From: Phoronis australis
Lineage: Eukaryota; Animalia; Phoronida
Direction of reading: 5' to 3'
Assembly: GCA_002633005.1 (NCBI GenBank)
Contig: NMRA01000132.1
Coordinates: forward strand, 620,001-684,000
DNA length: 64,000 nt
The translations under genes and the position numbers were made by a program. Positions within the stretch are counted from its first letter, which is position 1, and every line of letters starts with the position of its first letter. This document shows positions 63,716 through 64,000 of this stretch, one piece after another. The notes under the pieces are model-generated. The model was not told the origin of the DNA. It worked only from the letters and a program-made list of their open reading frames with translations, and ran no database searches.

Positions 63716-63920
63716 TTAACGTCCTTTTCTTTTCCCCTTTTTTCCACTTTTTAAATTCCTTTTTTCTCTCATGTTGTCCTTTTTCATTCTTGGGTCAACA
63801 ACTCTGAAACGTCCTTTGACCCCAGCTGGTCGTGAAACGCGTTTACCACTTGCCCTCTTGGCCACAACGTACTGTACTTCAGGTTTTTTCTCCTTCATCA
63901 ACCCAGCTTTCTTGTATATC
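63716..63920 (-). CDS. FTSJ3: Last coding exon of pre-rRNA 2'-O-methyltransferase FTSJ3 (Spb1)
   Basis: ttgcag|..[48 protein letters not shown]...* matches the Spb1 C-terminal signature (YVVAK...RP.GVKG.F.VVD.RMKKD). Confidence 0.92.
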
Positions 63921-64000
63921 CTGCAATATTCAATGACCATTGAAATTCCAAAATTAAGGATGGTTTCTCCATTTCAGACACAAAAACTCACAGAAAGGTG

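Overview
AT-rich, intron- and MITE-rich genomic DNA of a bilaterian invertebrate (species not determinable from this window); most ORF-track entries are spurious and the real genes are spliced. Exon chains reconstructed by hand with GT-AG sites and phase checks, left to right: (1) a 4-exon, ~415-aa ZU5/UPA-like gene on + nested antisense in intron 2 of (2) DDX55/Spb4 (minus strand, only coding exons 1-2 seen); (3) a complete 12-exon GGNBP2 head-to-head with DDX55; (4) a complete 5-exon 14-3-3 epsilon-like gene followed by (5) a tandem, diverged, intact second 14-3-3 body (exons 2-5) for which I found no exon 1, suggesting a shared first exon or an N-truncated 14-3-3; (6) the last exon of FTSJ3/Spb1 (minus). 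Introns contain many non-autonomous DNA transposons (hAT-like with 5-bp TSD, Tc1/mariner-like, Harbinger-like, Helentron-like), tRNA-derived SINEs, foldbacks, splice-junction-derived tandem repeats and two assembly gaps. Gene and family names come from recalled sequence similarity, not database searches.
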